Origin: Kiritimatiellia bacterium
Lineage (GTDB): Bacteria; Verrucomicrobiota; Kiritimatiellia; RFP12; JBMNHG01
Length of the DNA: 64,000 nucleotides
Direction of reading: 5' to 3'
NCBI GenBank assembly: GCA_050950285.1
Contig: JBMNHG010000004.1
Coordinates: 62,001-126,000 of the forward strand
Shown one piece after another: positions 18,320 through 28,929 of the stretch; positions within the stretch are counted from its first letter, which is position 1, and each line of letters opens with the position of its first letter. The notes below the pieces were generated by a model, which made no database searches, had not been told where the DNA came from, and saw only the letters and a list, made by a program, of their open reading frames with translations. A program made the translations under genes and the position numbers.

Positions 18320-20503
18320 CTAGACGATTCCGCATTTGCGGCGGAGCGCCCATTCGGCGATGCAGGCGGCGAGAAGGATGGCGGGGAAGAGGAGGGACGC
18401 GGTGGCGGCGGCGCGCCGTTCGCGCCGGGTGGAACGACACCAGGCCGCCACGGTTGCGGCGAGCTCGCCGGCGCCCGATTCGACGCGGTATGCGCCGGAG
18501 GTCTTCGCGGCGAGGGCGCGGAGGGCGGCGTCTTTGCGGGAGAGATCCCAGCCTTCCTCCTGGAGCGGGGTCAGGTCGAATCGTTTTTCGAAGGCGTCGA
18601 GGGGCTCGCCGCCGCGTTCGGCCGAAAGGCGGAAGAGGCGCGTTCCGCCCTCCGGGAGGTCCATGGCCGCAATCCATCGGCCGGGCGATTCGCCGGGCAG
18701 GACGGGGAGGGCGTGTTCGCCGGCGTCGTCCCGGATCGCGGCGCGCAGGGAGACGCCTTCGGGTTCGTCCACGCGGATGTGGGCTTCGAGGCGGCTTCCC
18801 GGCCGGGGTTCGGCGGGGTTCCACGTGATGTGGAGGTGTTGCCCGCCTTCGGTGCGTCCTGCGGCGGCACGGACCATCTGGCGCCAGAAGCGGCGGTAGA
18901 AGGCGGCGGGGGCGCCTCCCTTGCGCGCCCAGAGCCAGGAGGTGTTCGACGCGACGGCGCCCGAGCGCCCGGCGCCGGTGCGGAGCATCGCCGCCAGCGG
19001 CGCGCGGCCTTCGGGGGTTTCCACTTGGAGGAGGAGTTGCGCGGCGGGCTTGAGGGCGGGGATCGCATTGACCGATTCGAGGGAGAGGGGTTCGCCGTCC
19101 TCCGCGCAACGGGCGAGGAGTTCGCCGAGCCCGGCCACGGCGGGCTCCATCGCGGCGGCGGCGGGAAGGGACACGGGGAAGTCGCCGCGCCGCAGCGTGC
19201 CGCCTTCGCCCGTCATGCGCCAGGGGAAGAGCGGTTCGAGCGAGGAACGCTCGTATCCGCCGCCTTCGAAGCTTTCCTCGCCGCCAAGCCAGAGCAGGCC
19301 GCCGCCGCCGTCCACGTAGTCCAGCAGGGCGGCTTCCTGGGCGGGGGCGAGCGCGTCCGCCGCGAACGAGCCAAGCAGGATGCAGTCGAAGCGCCGCAGC
19401 AGGGCGGCCGATTCGGGGAGTCCGCCCTCCAGGAGCTTCGTCCGTTCCGGGTCGTCGCCCTGCACGGCGAAGCGTGCCCCGCCCACGCGGTAGGCGGCGG
19501 TGAAGGCGATGGCGGGATCGGCGGAGAGTTCCTGGCGGAGCATTTTGAGGTCGGCGCCGAGCCGGCAGGAGAAATAGAGCACGTTCAGGATGTCGCGCCG
19601 GATCTCCACGCGGGCGCCGCGGGCGTTGTCGAGCGGCGAGAGTTCGCCGGGCGCTTCGTCGATGCGGACGCGGTAGGTGGCGGGTCCGGGAAGGGATCGG
19701 GAGGCGGAGAAGGCGAGGCTGGCCGTGCCGCCCGCGAGGGAGGCGGCCTGTTCGTCGACCTGCGACCAGACGCCCCTTCCCTCGTGGATTTCGAGCGACA
19801 CGCGAAGCGCGTCCAGGCGATCGAGGAAGGCGCGGGAGCCTGTGGCTTCGAGGGTGGCTTCGAGGGTGAAGAGCGCGTCCTGCTCCGCCGTGCCGGGGGC
19901 TTCCAGGCGGGCGATGCGCACATTGTCCCAGGTGTCGGAATCGGTGCCGAGGCCCAGGACGGCGACGGGCGCGCGGGGGATGCGCGCGGGGCGGATGGGG
20001 CCGTCGCCTCCGTCGGTGGCGAGCACGAAGGCGGTCTGTCCGTCCTCTTGGTCGGCTGCTGCGGCGACGGCGTCGGCGACGGACGAATCGAAGGGGACGA
20101 CCTCGACCTCCGCATGGCGGGGCAGGGCGGCGCGCAGGGATTCGACGAAGGCGTCGGCGCGGTCGGCGCGGGTGGCGGCGCCGGGGCCGTCCGGGACGTC
20201 CATGGACGCGGAGCGGTCCATCAGGATGCGGATGCGGGGGGGCGTGGCGTCCTTGTCCGCCACGCGGCAGGAGGGATCGAGCAGGGCGAGGAAGACGAGC
20301 AGGAGCACGAGGGTTCGCGCGGCGAGGATGGGCAGGCTCTTGCGCGCGCCGCACCGGGCGCGAAGGCGTTTCGCCGCGAAGAGGACGCTTGCGGCCATCG
20401 CAAGGAAAAGGAGGCCCAGGAGAAGCGCCGGGGCGGCGGGATTCCACAGGACCGCCGCGAGGGGGGCGCCGGCGAAATCGCAGGGATGTCCGAAGGGCGG
20501 CAT
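18320..20503 (-). CDS. Membrane protein with vWA-like and glutamine-amidotransferase-like domains
   Basis: N-terminal TM segments, MDRSASM and TDG (vWA-like), YVDGGGGLLWLGGEESF, C-terminal TM ending EWALRRK. Confidence 0.7.
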   Translation of the reverse strand: MPPFGHPCDFAGAPLAAVLWNPAAPALLLGLLFLAMAASVLFAAKRLRARCGARKSLPILAARTLVLLLVFLALLDPSCRVADKDATPPRIRILMDRSASMDVPDGPGAATRADRADAFVESLRAALPRHAEVEVVPFDSSVADAVAAAADQEDGQTAFVLATDGGDGPIRPARIPRAPVAVLGLGTDSDTWDNVRIARLEAPGTAEQDALFTLEATLEATGSRAFLDRLDALRVSLEIHEGRGVWSQVDEQAASLAGGTASLAFSASRSLPGPATYRVRIDEAPGELSPLDNARGARVEIRRDILNVLYFSCRLGADLKMLRQELSADPAIAFTAAYRVGGARFAVQGDDPERTKLLEGGLPESAALLRRFDCILLGSFAADALAPAQEAALLDYVDGGGGLLWLGGEESFEGGGYERSSLEPLFPWRMTGEGGTLRRGDFPVSLPAAAAMEPAVAGLGELLARCAEDGEPLSLESVNAIPALKPAAQLLLQVETPEGRAPLAAMLRTGAGRSGAVASNTSWLWARKGGAPAAFYRRFWRQMVRAAAGRTEGGQHLHITWNPAEPRPGSRLEAHIRVDEPEGVSLRAAIRDDAGEHALPVLPGESPGRWIAAMDLPEGGTRLFRLSAERGGEPLDAFEKRFDLTPLQEEGWDLSRKDAALRALAAKTSGAYRVESGAGELAATVAAWCRSTRRERRAAATASLLFPAILLAACIAEWALRRKCGIV

Positions 20504-20515
20504 GGCGGAGGGCGG

Positions 20516-21484
20516 TCAGCGGCGGAAACAGCGGCAGGAGCGGGCGGGGCATTCCGCGGAGGCCGCGAGCGCGGGGGTCGCGCGGGCGCATTCCGGCGTG
20601 GCCTCGGGGCAACGGGGGTGGAAGCGGCATCCGGGCGGGAAGTCGAGGGCGGAGGGAACCTGGCCGGGGATGGTGGCGAGGCGTTTCCCTCGGGTCTCGA
20701 GGGACGGCAATGCGGCGAGCAGGGCGCGGGTGTAGGGGTGGCATGGGCGGGCGAAGAGTTCGTCCGCCGGGGCGGTCTCGACGATTTGCCCGGCGTACAT
20801 CACGGCCACGCGGGTGGCCATCTTCCGCACGACGCCCATGTCGTGGGTGATGAGGAGCAGGGCGGAGTCGCGCCGATACAGGTGGAGCATCAGTTCGAGC
20901 ACCTGGGCCTGGGTGGTGGCGTCGAGCGCGGTGGTGGGCTCGTCGGCGATGACGAGGTCCGGATCGAGCAGCAGGGCCATGGCGATCATCACGCGCTGCT
21001 GCATCCCGCCGGAGAGTTCGTGGGGGAGGGCCTGCGCGTATTGCTCCGGGGAGGGAATGCCGACCTTCGCGAGCCATTCGAGGGAGCGGCGCCGCATCTC
21101 GGCGCGCGGGAGGTCGCGGTCGTGCAGGAGCTGCACTTCGTCGAGCTGGTCGCCGATGCGATGGAGGGGCGAGAGGGAGGTCATCGGGTCCTGGAAGATG
21201 ACGCCGATGCGCCGTCCTCGCAGGGAGCGCAGTTCCTTCACGGGAATACGGAGCAGGTCGATTCCATCGAAGCGGATTGCGTCGGCGGAAATCGATGCCG
21301 CGGGGATGTGGAGGAGGCGCGGGATCGCCATTGCCGTGGCGGACTTCCCGCAGCCGGATTCGCCCAGGAGGCCCAGGATCTCCCCGCGTTCGAGGGAAAG
21401 CGAGACGCCGTCCACGGCATGCACTTCGCCGTCGTCCGAGGCGAAACGGACGTGGAGGTTTTCGATGTCCAGAAGGGCGGGCAT
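20516..21484 (-). CDS. Oligopeptide/dipeptide ABC transporter ATP-binding protein (OppD/DppD-like)
   Basis: GESGCGKS, IFQDP, LSGGMQQR, DEPTTALD, HPYT and C-terminal GCRFHPRC. Confidence 0.93.
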   Translation of the reverse strand: MPALLDIENLHVRFASDDGEVHAVDGVSLSLERGEILGLLGESGCGKSATAMAIPRLLHIPAASISADAIRFDGIDLLRIPVKELRSLRGRRIGVIFQDPMTSLSPLHRIGDQLDEVQLLHDRDLPRAEMRRRSLEWLAKVGIPSPEQYAQALPHELSGGMQQRVMIAMALLLDPDLVIADEPTTALDATTQAQVLELMLHLYRRDSALLLITHDMGVVRKMATRVAVMYAGQIVETAPADELFARPCHPYTRALLAALPSLETRGKRLATIPGQVPSALDFPPGCRFHPRCPEATPECARATPALAASAECPARSCRCFRR

Positions 21485-21552
21485 GTCCGCTTTCCCTGGG
21501 GGATTCAAGGGGATTCCACCGCGGCGGCGCGCCGCCGCGGTCCGTCCGTTGT

Positions 21553-24270
21553 CTATCCGTTCGCAGCGGCCCGGAGTCCGGCGAGGAGGTTCCGCAGGCG
21601 GGCGAGGGTGGCGTCGTTCTCGGCCTTCTTCGCGCGTTGCTGCTCGACGACGGCCGCCGGGGCGCGGGAGACGAATCCCTCGTTGGAGAGCTTGGCCTCG
21701 ATGCCCTTCTGGAAGCCTTCGAGCTTCGCGATTTCACCGGCGACGCGCTTCGTCTCCGCCGCGACATCCACCACGCCGTCGAGGGGGAGGTAGACCGTTC
21801 CAAGTTTCACGACGGCGCTGGGCATGGCGCGTGTCGCGCCGTCCATGGAAACCTCGAGCGGGTCGGCGCGCAGGAAGGTGGCGATGCCGGGGCGGTCGCG
21901 CTCCAGAAGGGCGGCGGCGGCCGCGTCCGCGGCATGGACGATCATGCGGACGGATTTCGAGGGGGGGACGTTGAAGTCGGAGCGCAGGGCGCGCGCGGCG
22001 CCGATGAGCTCGTGCTTGGCTTCGACGTAGGCGACCACGTCGTCCGTGATGCCCCATGCGGCGACCTTCGCGGGGTCGGTTCCGACGGGCCATGGGGCGG
22101 TCATGATGGAATCGTCCGCGCCGCAGAAGCCCATCTGGTGCCAGAGTTCCTCGGTGAGGAAGGGCATGAAGGGGTGCAGCACGCGCAACGAGACGCCGAG
22201 CACGTGGTAGAGGATCGCGAGTTTCTGGCGGCGGGCGGCTTCGTCCTCGCCGTAGAGCGTGGCCTTCGATTCCTCCACGTACCAGTCGCAGAACTCCGAC
22301 CAGACGAAGTCGTAGATGGCGAGCGCGGCGTCCTGGAAGCGGTATTTCTCGAGGGCGGTGGTGACCGTGGCGGTCATCCGGTCGCAGAGCGCGAGGATGT
22401 GCCGGTCGTCGTCCGACAGCAGCGGGACGTCGAGGGCGAGGCCGTCGCGGGCGATGGCTGCGGCGTCGATGCCGGGGGACTTTTCGGCGGAGAGGTTGAT
22501 GAAACGCGAGGCGTTCCAAATTTTCGTCCCGAAGTTGCGGCCGATTTCGAACTTGTTCATCGAGATGTAGACGTCCACGCCGGGCGAGGTCGTCTGCATG
22601 AGCGAAAAGCGGAGGGAGTCGGCGGAGTATTCCCCGATGATTTCGAGCGGGTCGATGGAGTTGCCGAGGGACTTCGACATCTTGCGGCCCTGGTCGTCGC
22701 GCACGACGCCGTGGAGGACGACGTTGCGGAAGGGGACGTCGCCCATGAACTTGCATCCGGCCATGATCATGCGGGCGACCCAGAAGAAGATGATGTCCGG
22801 GGCGGTGCAGAGGTCGCAGGTCGGGTAGTAGCGGGCGAGGTCGTCGGTCTTTTCGGGCCAGCCCAGCGTGGAGAAGGGCCAGAGCCAGGAGCTGAACCAC
22901 GTGTCCAGCACGTCGGGATCCTGCGTGATGGCGTCTTCTTCCGCGCCGCACGCGGGGCAGGCCGCGGGTTTTTCGGGGGCGGCCCATTCGTGGCCGCAGG
23001 CGCAGGTGTAGACGGGGATGCGGTGGCCCCACCAGATCTGGCGCGAGATGCACCAGTCGCGGATGTTCTCCAGCCAGTTGAAGTAGGTGCTTTCGTAGCG
23101 TTTGGGCGAGAAGGCGATGGCGCCGGACTTCACGGCTTCGATGGCCTTGACGGCAAGGGGCTGCATGCGCACGAACCACTGCGGGGAGAGGCGCGACTCG
23201 ATCACGGTGTCGCAACGGTAGCAGTGGCCGACCTGGTTGTCGTAGTCTTCGATGTGGTCGAGGAAGCCGCCGGCCTCGAGGTCGGCGACGATCTTGTCGC
23301 GGCATTCGAAGCGGTCGAGACCCGCATAGGCGGCGCCGGCCAGCTCGTTCATGGTGCCGTCGCCGTCCATGATGTTGATCTCCTCCAGGCCGTGGCGTTT
23401 CCCGACCAGGAAGTCGTTCGGGTCGTGGGCGGGGGTGATCTTCACGATGCCGGTGCCGAACTCCTTCTCGACATAGTCGTCGGCGAGGACGGGGAGTTCG
23501 CGGCCGCTTAGCGGGAGGATCACGGTCTGGCCGAGGAGATGGCGGTAGCGCTCGTCCTTCGGATTCACGGCCACGGCGGTGTCGCCGGGGATCGTCTCGG
23601 GACGGGTGGTGGCGACCATGATGTAGTCCCGGAAGGGTTCCCCCTTCACGCCGGAGGCCGATCCGGAGACCGGATAGCGAACGTACCACAGCTTGCCGTG
23701 GTTCGGCTCGTGGTCGACTTCGTCATCGGCGAGGGCCGTCCCGCAGCGCGGGCACCAGTTCACGATGTAGTTTCCGCGGTAGATGAGATCTTCGTCGTAC
23801 ATCGTGCAGAAGACCTCGGCGACGGCCCTGGAGAGGCCTTCGTCCATGGTGAAGCGTTCGCGCGACCAGTCGCAGGAGCAGCCCAGCGAACGAAGCTGGC
23901 GGACGATGGTGCCGCCGTACCGCTCGCGCCACTCCCACACGCGCTCGACGAACTTCTCGCGACCGAGGTCCTGACGCCGCACGCCTTCCTTGCGGAGCGC
24001 GGTTTCGACGACGTTCTGCGTGGCGATGCCCGCGTGGTCGGTTCCGGGGACCCAAAGCACGTCGCGCCCCTGCATGCGGCGCCAGCGGGCGAGGACGTCC
24101 TGGATGGTGTCGTTGAGGGCGTGGCCCATGTGGAGGATTCCGGTGACGTTCGGCGGCGGGATGACCATGCTCCACGGCTCGCCCCGTCCGGAAGGCTTGA
24201 ACTTGCCGGTCTGTTCCCACCACGGGTACCACTTGGCCTCGATGGCATGAGGATCGTAATGCTTGTCCAT
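21553..24270 (-). CDS. valS: Valine--tRNA ligase
   Basis: PPPNVTGILHMGH, DWCISRQIWWGHRIP, KMSKS, C-terminal coiled coil; start taken at MDKHYD. Confidence 0.97.
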   Translation of the reverse strand: MDKHYDPHAIEAKWYPWWEQTGKFKPSGRGEPWSMVIPPPNVTGILHMGHALNDTIQDVLARWRRMQGRDVLWVPGTDHAGIATQNVVETALRKEGVRRQDLGREKFVERVWEWRERYGGTIVRQLRSLGCSCDWSRERFTMDEGLSRAVAEVFCTMYDEDLIYRGNYIVNWCPRCGTALADDEVDHEPNHGKLWYVRYPVSGSASGVKGEPFRDYIMVATTRPETIPGDTAVAVNPKDERYRHLLGQTVILPLSGRELPVLADDYVEKEFGTGIVKITPAHDPNDFLVGKRHGLEEINIMDGDGTMNELAGAAYAGLDRFECRDKIVADLEAGGFLDHIEDYDNQVGHCYRCDTVIESRLSPQWFVRMQPLAVKAIEAVKSGAIAFSPKRYESTYFNWLENIRDWCISRQIWWGHRIPVYTCACGHEWAAPEKPAACPACGAEEDAITQDPDVLDTWFSSWLWPFSTLGWPEKTDDLARYYPTCDLCTAPDIIFFWVARMIMAGCKFMGDVPFRNVVLHGVVRDDQGRKMSKSLGNSIDPLEIIGEYSADSLRFSLMQTTSPGVDVYISMNKFEIGRNFGTKIWNASRFINLSAEKSPGIDAAAIARDGLALDVPLLSDDDRHILALCDRMTATVTTALEKYRFQDAALAIYDFVWSEFCDWYVEESKATLYGEDEAARRQKLAILYHVLGVSLRVLHPFMPFLTEELWHQMGFCGADDSIMTAPWPVGTDPAKVAAWGITDDVVAYVEAKHELIGAARALRSDFNVPPSKSVRMIVHAADAAAAALLERDRPGIATFLRADPLEVSMDGATRAMPSAVVKLGTVYLPLDGVVDVAAETKRVAGEIAKLEGFQKGIEAKLSNEGFVSRAPAAVVEQQRAKKAENDATLARLRNLLAGLRAAANG

Positions 24271-24302
24271 ATGTCGGGAAACTCCTGCGAAACAAAAAAA
24301 CC

Positions 24303-24331
24303 AACATACCATGGACCGCCCATGGATTCAA
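24303..24331 (-). promoter_or_regulatory. Sigma70-type promoter of valS
   Basis: Minus strand TTGAAT-17 bp-TATGTT, 32 bp upstream of the ATG; the spacer is CCATGG-N5-CCATGG. Confidence 0.6.
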
Positions 24332-24382
24332 TTCCGCAATCGCGATCGGTTGGGGACGGGTGTGATTCAAAATAGTTGATGG

Positions 24383-25812
24383 TTAGGCGGCAGGGAGGTG
24401 GGAGCGGAAGCGGGCGGTGAGGGCGCAGATGGCGGCGGCGTTGTGGAAGCGCCAGTGCATGCCCGACTGCTTGCATCGCCTCGCGACGTCGGTTCGGCAC
24501 GCCGCTTCGACGACGCCCGAGCCGATGTAGAGCCCCTGTTTGCGGTACTCGCCGTAGCGCATGTTGTCCTTGCGCTTCTCGAAGTATTCCAGCTCCTTCC
24601 AGGCGGGGTGGTCCGGCGGCAGGGCTCCGTGTCGCTTGCGCAGGTGCTTGACCAGCGACGCGCCGCCGTGGCGGCGCAGGACGGCGCGCGCGGTGCCGAA
24701 GGCTTTCTTCACGTCCTCCTGCGGGAGCGCGAGCCCGAGGAAGGCCCGCAGGTGCTCGCAGGCGTGGTAGAAGTCGCAGGTGAAGACGACGTCCGCCCCG
24801 GGGAAGGCGTCGCGGACGATGCTGGCGATCCAGTCGGCGCCGTCTCCGACGACCTGTATCCTGAAGCGCCCGGAGCCGAGTCCGCGGCTGAACGCGAGGC
24901 GCCTGAGCAGCGAGCCGAACTCCGCGGCGGTCTCCGGCGAGACGACGTGCGACTCGCAGCCGGGGTCGCGGACCGGCCTGCCCTTGCGGTCGATCCGCCT
25001 GTAGGTGCCCACGACGCCGACCTTGACCTCCCGGGTCCTGGCCTTCCCGTCCCCGCCCTTGCCCTTGACGCCCCTCACGTCTTTTTTGACGCACGGCACG
25101 CCGGTGCCGTCGAGCATGATGTAGAGCGTGGGCGCGACCGGCGCGGTCGCCGCCAGCAGCCAGGCGGGCAGGAGCGGTTCGGGGATCCACGCGGCGGGGT
25201 TCTTCTGCGCCTCCAGCGCACGGGCGCCCGCGGCGAGCGCCCGGCGCCGGAAGGTGGACCCGGACATGCGCACGCCCGAGAGCAGCGCGAGCAGGTCCGC
25301 CCCCTCTGCGAAGGATCCCGCGGCCACGGCCGCGCGCTGGAGGCGGCCGGCGAGCGCCGGCGTCATGCCGTCGCGCAGCCCGAGCGCCTCCTTGAGCGGG
25401 AAGGCCGACGCCGCGTCCCCCTTGCGGGGGAACTTCCCGTTCTTGGCCTGCCGCCTGCCTTTGGCCGCCGCCCGCTCCCGGGCCCGCCGGGCCTGCCTTG
25501 TCATCCGTTCCGGCGCGGGGCCGTAGTAGGCGCACGTGAAGCGCACGTGCCCGAAAAGCGTGTCCGCCCCGGTCTCGCGCCAGCCGTCGGGCGCGCCGTG
25601 GGGCGCGGCCTTCCCGACGGCGCAGAGGACGAGGGAGAGCAGCGCGGCAAGGTCCTTGGCGGCGGCCCGGGCAAGCCGCTCGTCGAGCCGGTCGAGACAG
25701 GGAGGGGTTTCGCCGGGGCCGCATCCGGCATCGGCTCGCCGGAGCCCCCGCAAAACCTCTCCCAGATTCGCGAAGGCGACCTCGGGAAGCGAGGGGATCA
25801 GGCTTTTTTTTT
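24383..25812 (-). CDS. ISKra4-family transposase catalytic ORF (probably expressed as a -1 frameshift fusion with the upstream ORF)
   Basis: YIMLDGTGVP, VGDGADWI, DFYHACEHL, IGSGVVEAAC, RCKQSGMHW motifs; no good start of its own. Confidence 0.88.
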
Positions 25813-26151
25813 GAAGCGCAGCGCAAGGCGGGCGCCGAGCTTCTCGTAGCGGGACGCCAGCTCCCGGTACTTGCGCCCGTTCTCCAGCAGGCGCCGGACT
25901 TCCCCGACCTTGTCGCGCGGGATGCGGCAGTACCTGCGTTTCCCCGTCCCGTCGTTGTATTGCAGGATGGGCGAGGTCGGATACTCGGAGACGGTCCCGT
26001 CCTTCTTCACGTACCTCGTCTTCGGGTTCTCCTTCAAGCTGCCCTCGAGGCAGGGCCCGAGCGCCAGTATCTCCCTGGCGATCCCGTCCATCTCCCGTTC
26101 GATCCCGTCCGCGTCCCTGTCGATTTGCCCTGTTTTCCTGTCCATGTCCAT
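25798..26151 (-). CDS. ISKra4 upstream ORF (putative DNA-binding N-terminal part)
   Basis: AGGA RBS, 117 aa, ends FKKKA* over an A9 run. Confidence 0.75.
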   Translation of the reverse strand: MDMDRKTGQIDRDADGIEREMDGIAREILALGPCLEGSLKENPKTRYVKKDGTVSEYPTSPILQYNDGTGKRRYCRIPRDKVGEVRRLLENGRKYRELASRYEKLGARLALRFKKKA

Positions 26152-26543
26152 GGTTTTCCTCGGCTTGATTAGTGTACTCGTATTTGAGTACACCAATATT
26201 GGCGCATCGTTTCGGGGAAAGCAAGTGCAAAACCAACAAAACCACGCGCTTTTTTTCGGCCGGACGAAACACTCCCGCCAGATTGCCGCTACACTATCAG
26301 CTATTTTGAATCACACCTTTGGGGACCGGGACGGGGGGTATGGCTGATGGTTGGGGGTGGATGGCGGGCACACGAGGGACGAGCGGGCGCTCGTCCTTAA
26401 TCCGGCCCCTGACGCACCCCTGCCACGCGAATTCGGCCCAGGCATCCATGACGATGACATGCCGCGGAATGGAAGCCGGGGTATCGAGGGGCATTGATTT
26501 TTGCTCCCGCACCACCGATAATCACACCGCGACGATTAACCCT

Positions 26544-26640
26544 GAGGCGCTTGCAAACCCCTTGCCCCTGGAGTCCCCGGCGGGCCGGGTGGATGGAGGG
26601 ACGACCTCCGTGTCGTCCGTCTGGGTTTTGCGGGAGCCTC
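26544..26640. mobile_element. Short solo copy of MITE-2
   Basis: GAGGCGCTTGCAAACCCC ... GGGTTTTGCGGGAGCCTC ends; contains GGAGGGACGACCTCCGTGTCGTCC. Confidence 0.65.
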
Positions 26641-26660
26641 GAATGCCTTGGGAGGCGCCG

Positions 26661-28842
26661 ATGAACGCGACGCGCGAAGTGACGATCGAAAACCGCCTGA
26701 TGAAGCTGGTCATCGCCGGCGACGGGACGGTCTCAAGCCTGGTCTTCAAGCCGACCCGTACCGAATGCCTGGCCGCGGGGAAACGGGTGCCGGTCAGCAC
26801 GATCACCGAGCCGCGCCCCTATCAGAACGAGGTCAAGCTGGCCTATCCCAACCGGCGGACCACCTTCAAGGCCAACGCGGTGCGGATGGAGGGCGACACG
26901 CTGGTCATCGGCTACGAACTGGTTCCCTGGGAGGCCATCGTCCGCGTGAAGGACGCCGGGGACTACATCGCCTTTTCGCTGGAGGGGTTCACGCTGACCG
27001 AACCCTCCGTCATGCCCGAGCCGCCGATCTTGGAGATGTGGTTCCTGCGCCTGCCGTTGCGCGAGCGGGGACACTGGGGCGACTGGCTGAACGTGGTCTG
27101 GGACGATGACGTGGCCATCGCGCTGGTGGCGGCGGACCCCTGCGCCAACGCCGATTCGGAGGAGGGCGAGGGATGCCGCATCCTCTCCGCGGGGAGCGAC
27201 GCGGCCGTGCGGCTCGCCGGGGTCACCGCCGCCCTGATCGTCTGCGCCACCGGCGAGCTACTGGACAAGGTCGCAACCGTCGAGGAGGACTACGGACTGC
27301 CCCGCGGGGTGGCCAGCCGTCGGCACAGCCTCTGCACGGCCTCGTACTACTGGACGTGCACCGTCACGCCGGACACCGTCGACGAGCACATCGCCTACGC
27401 CAAAAAGGGCGGATTCCGCCTCATGAACATCTACTACCCGGCCTTTCTCGAAGGCAACGGCTACCTGCGGATCGGCGACTACGACGCCTTCCGGCCGGAG
27501 TATCCCAACGGCAAGGCCGACCTGCGGGCGATGCTCGCCAGAATCAAGCAGGCGGGAATCACGCCGGGCTGCCACTTCCTCCACAGCCACCTCGGCCGGG
27601 AGAGCCGCTATGTCACGCCGGTTCCCGACCACCGGCTGAACCTGTTGCGTATCTTCACCCTGGCCCGGCCGCTCGGCCCGGCCGACACCACGGTGTTTGT
27701 CGAGCAGAATCCCCTGCACGCCACGATGGAGGCGAAACGGCGGGTGCTCAAGATCGGGACCGAGCTGCTCTCGTACACGGGCTACACCACGACGCCGCCC
27801 TACGCCTTCACCGGCTGCGTACGCGGCATCGACAGGACGACACCCGCCGCCCAGCCCGCGGGGCTCCTGTTCGGGCTGCTGGACGTCAGCGAGTTCGGCG
27901 CGACCAGCGTCTACATCGACCAGTGCTCCGGGCTGCAGGACGAGATCGCCGACCAGATCGCCGACCTCTGGAGCGCCGGCTTCGAGTTCTTCTACTTCGA
28001 CGGATCGGAAGGGGTCAATCCTCCCTTCTGGCACCACGTCGCCAACGCGCAGTACCGGGTGTTCCGAAAACTGCAGCCGCAACCCCTCTTCGCGGAGGGC
28101 GCCGCCAAAACCCATTTCAGCTGGCACATGCTGACGGGCGGCAACGCCTTCGACGTGTTTCCCCCCGAAACGATCAAGGAGGAGACCGTCCGCCATCCGC
28201 TGCGGGAGGCCCCCCGGATGCGGGACAACTTCACCCGCCTGAACTTCGGCTGGCTGGGATATTTCCTGCCCGACGAAAAGACGGTCGGCACGCAGCCCGA
28301 CCAGATCGAGTTCGTCACCAGCAAGGCGGCGGCATGGGACTGCCCCGTTTCGCTCCAGGCCGAGCCGGACACGCTGGCGCGCCATCCGCGGACGGACGAC
28401 ATCCTGGAAGTCTTCCGCCGCTGGGAAGAGGTGCGGGCGTGCAAGTGGCTGACCGGGGAACAGAAGCAGATGCTGCGCGATCCCGCACAGGAGTTCATCC
28501 TGCTGCTGGACGAAAAAGGGGCGTTCGAGCTGGTTCCCTACGAGCGGGTCGCGACCGTCGCCGGCGGCAGCCGGGAGGTGATCGCCTACCTTTTCGAACG
28601 GAAAGGGGCGCTGTATGCGGTCTACAACCACATCTCCGCCGACAAGCGGCTGGAACTCCCGCTGGATCCGGACGGGCTGTCCGTGCTGGAAAACCTGGGC
28701 GATGCGCGCGCCGCCGCCGCCGGGGAGCGGGGCGATACGGCCGTCGTGCCGATCGGCAAGCGCCGCTACCCTCAAAACGGGCATCCCGCGGCGGACCGAA
28801 TTGACCAGGGCGTTCGCTCGCGCGCGCATCCTGGACCCGTGA
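26661..28842 (+). pseudogene. Putative glycoside hydrolase-like protein (~726 aa) with a +1 frameshift near the 3' end
   Basis: TIM-barrel-like core (SYYW, FEFFYFDGSEG); removing one C at 28769-28771 gives a natural end KRRYLKTGIPRRTELTRAFARARILDP*. Confidence 0.6.
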
Positions 28843-28929
28843 GCGGAACTTTTGCAGGAAGCCGGCCCGCCAACGCGCGAGACATTCGCAGAACCCAAGC
28901 ATACGCCCCGCGACGGACTACGGCACCCG

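Larger units (their letters stand above)
24358..26318 (-). mobile_element. Complete ISKra4-family insertion sequence, 1961 bp
   Basis: TIR GGTGTGATTCAAAATAG(T/C)TGAT at both ends; 8-bp target duplication TTGGGGAC at 24350-24357 and 26319-26326. Confidence 0.9.

Noticed and set aside
24383..26272. Single 629-aa transposase as given in the ORF track
   Set aside because: The first ~150 aa are the off-frame reading of the upstream ORF; a two-ORF frameshift arrangement fits better
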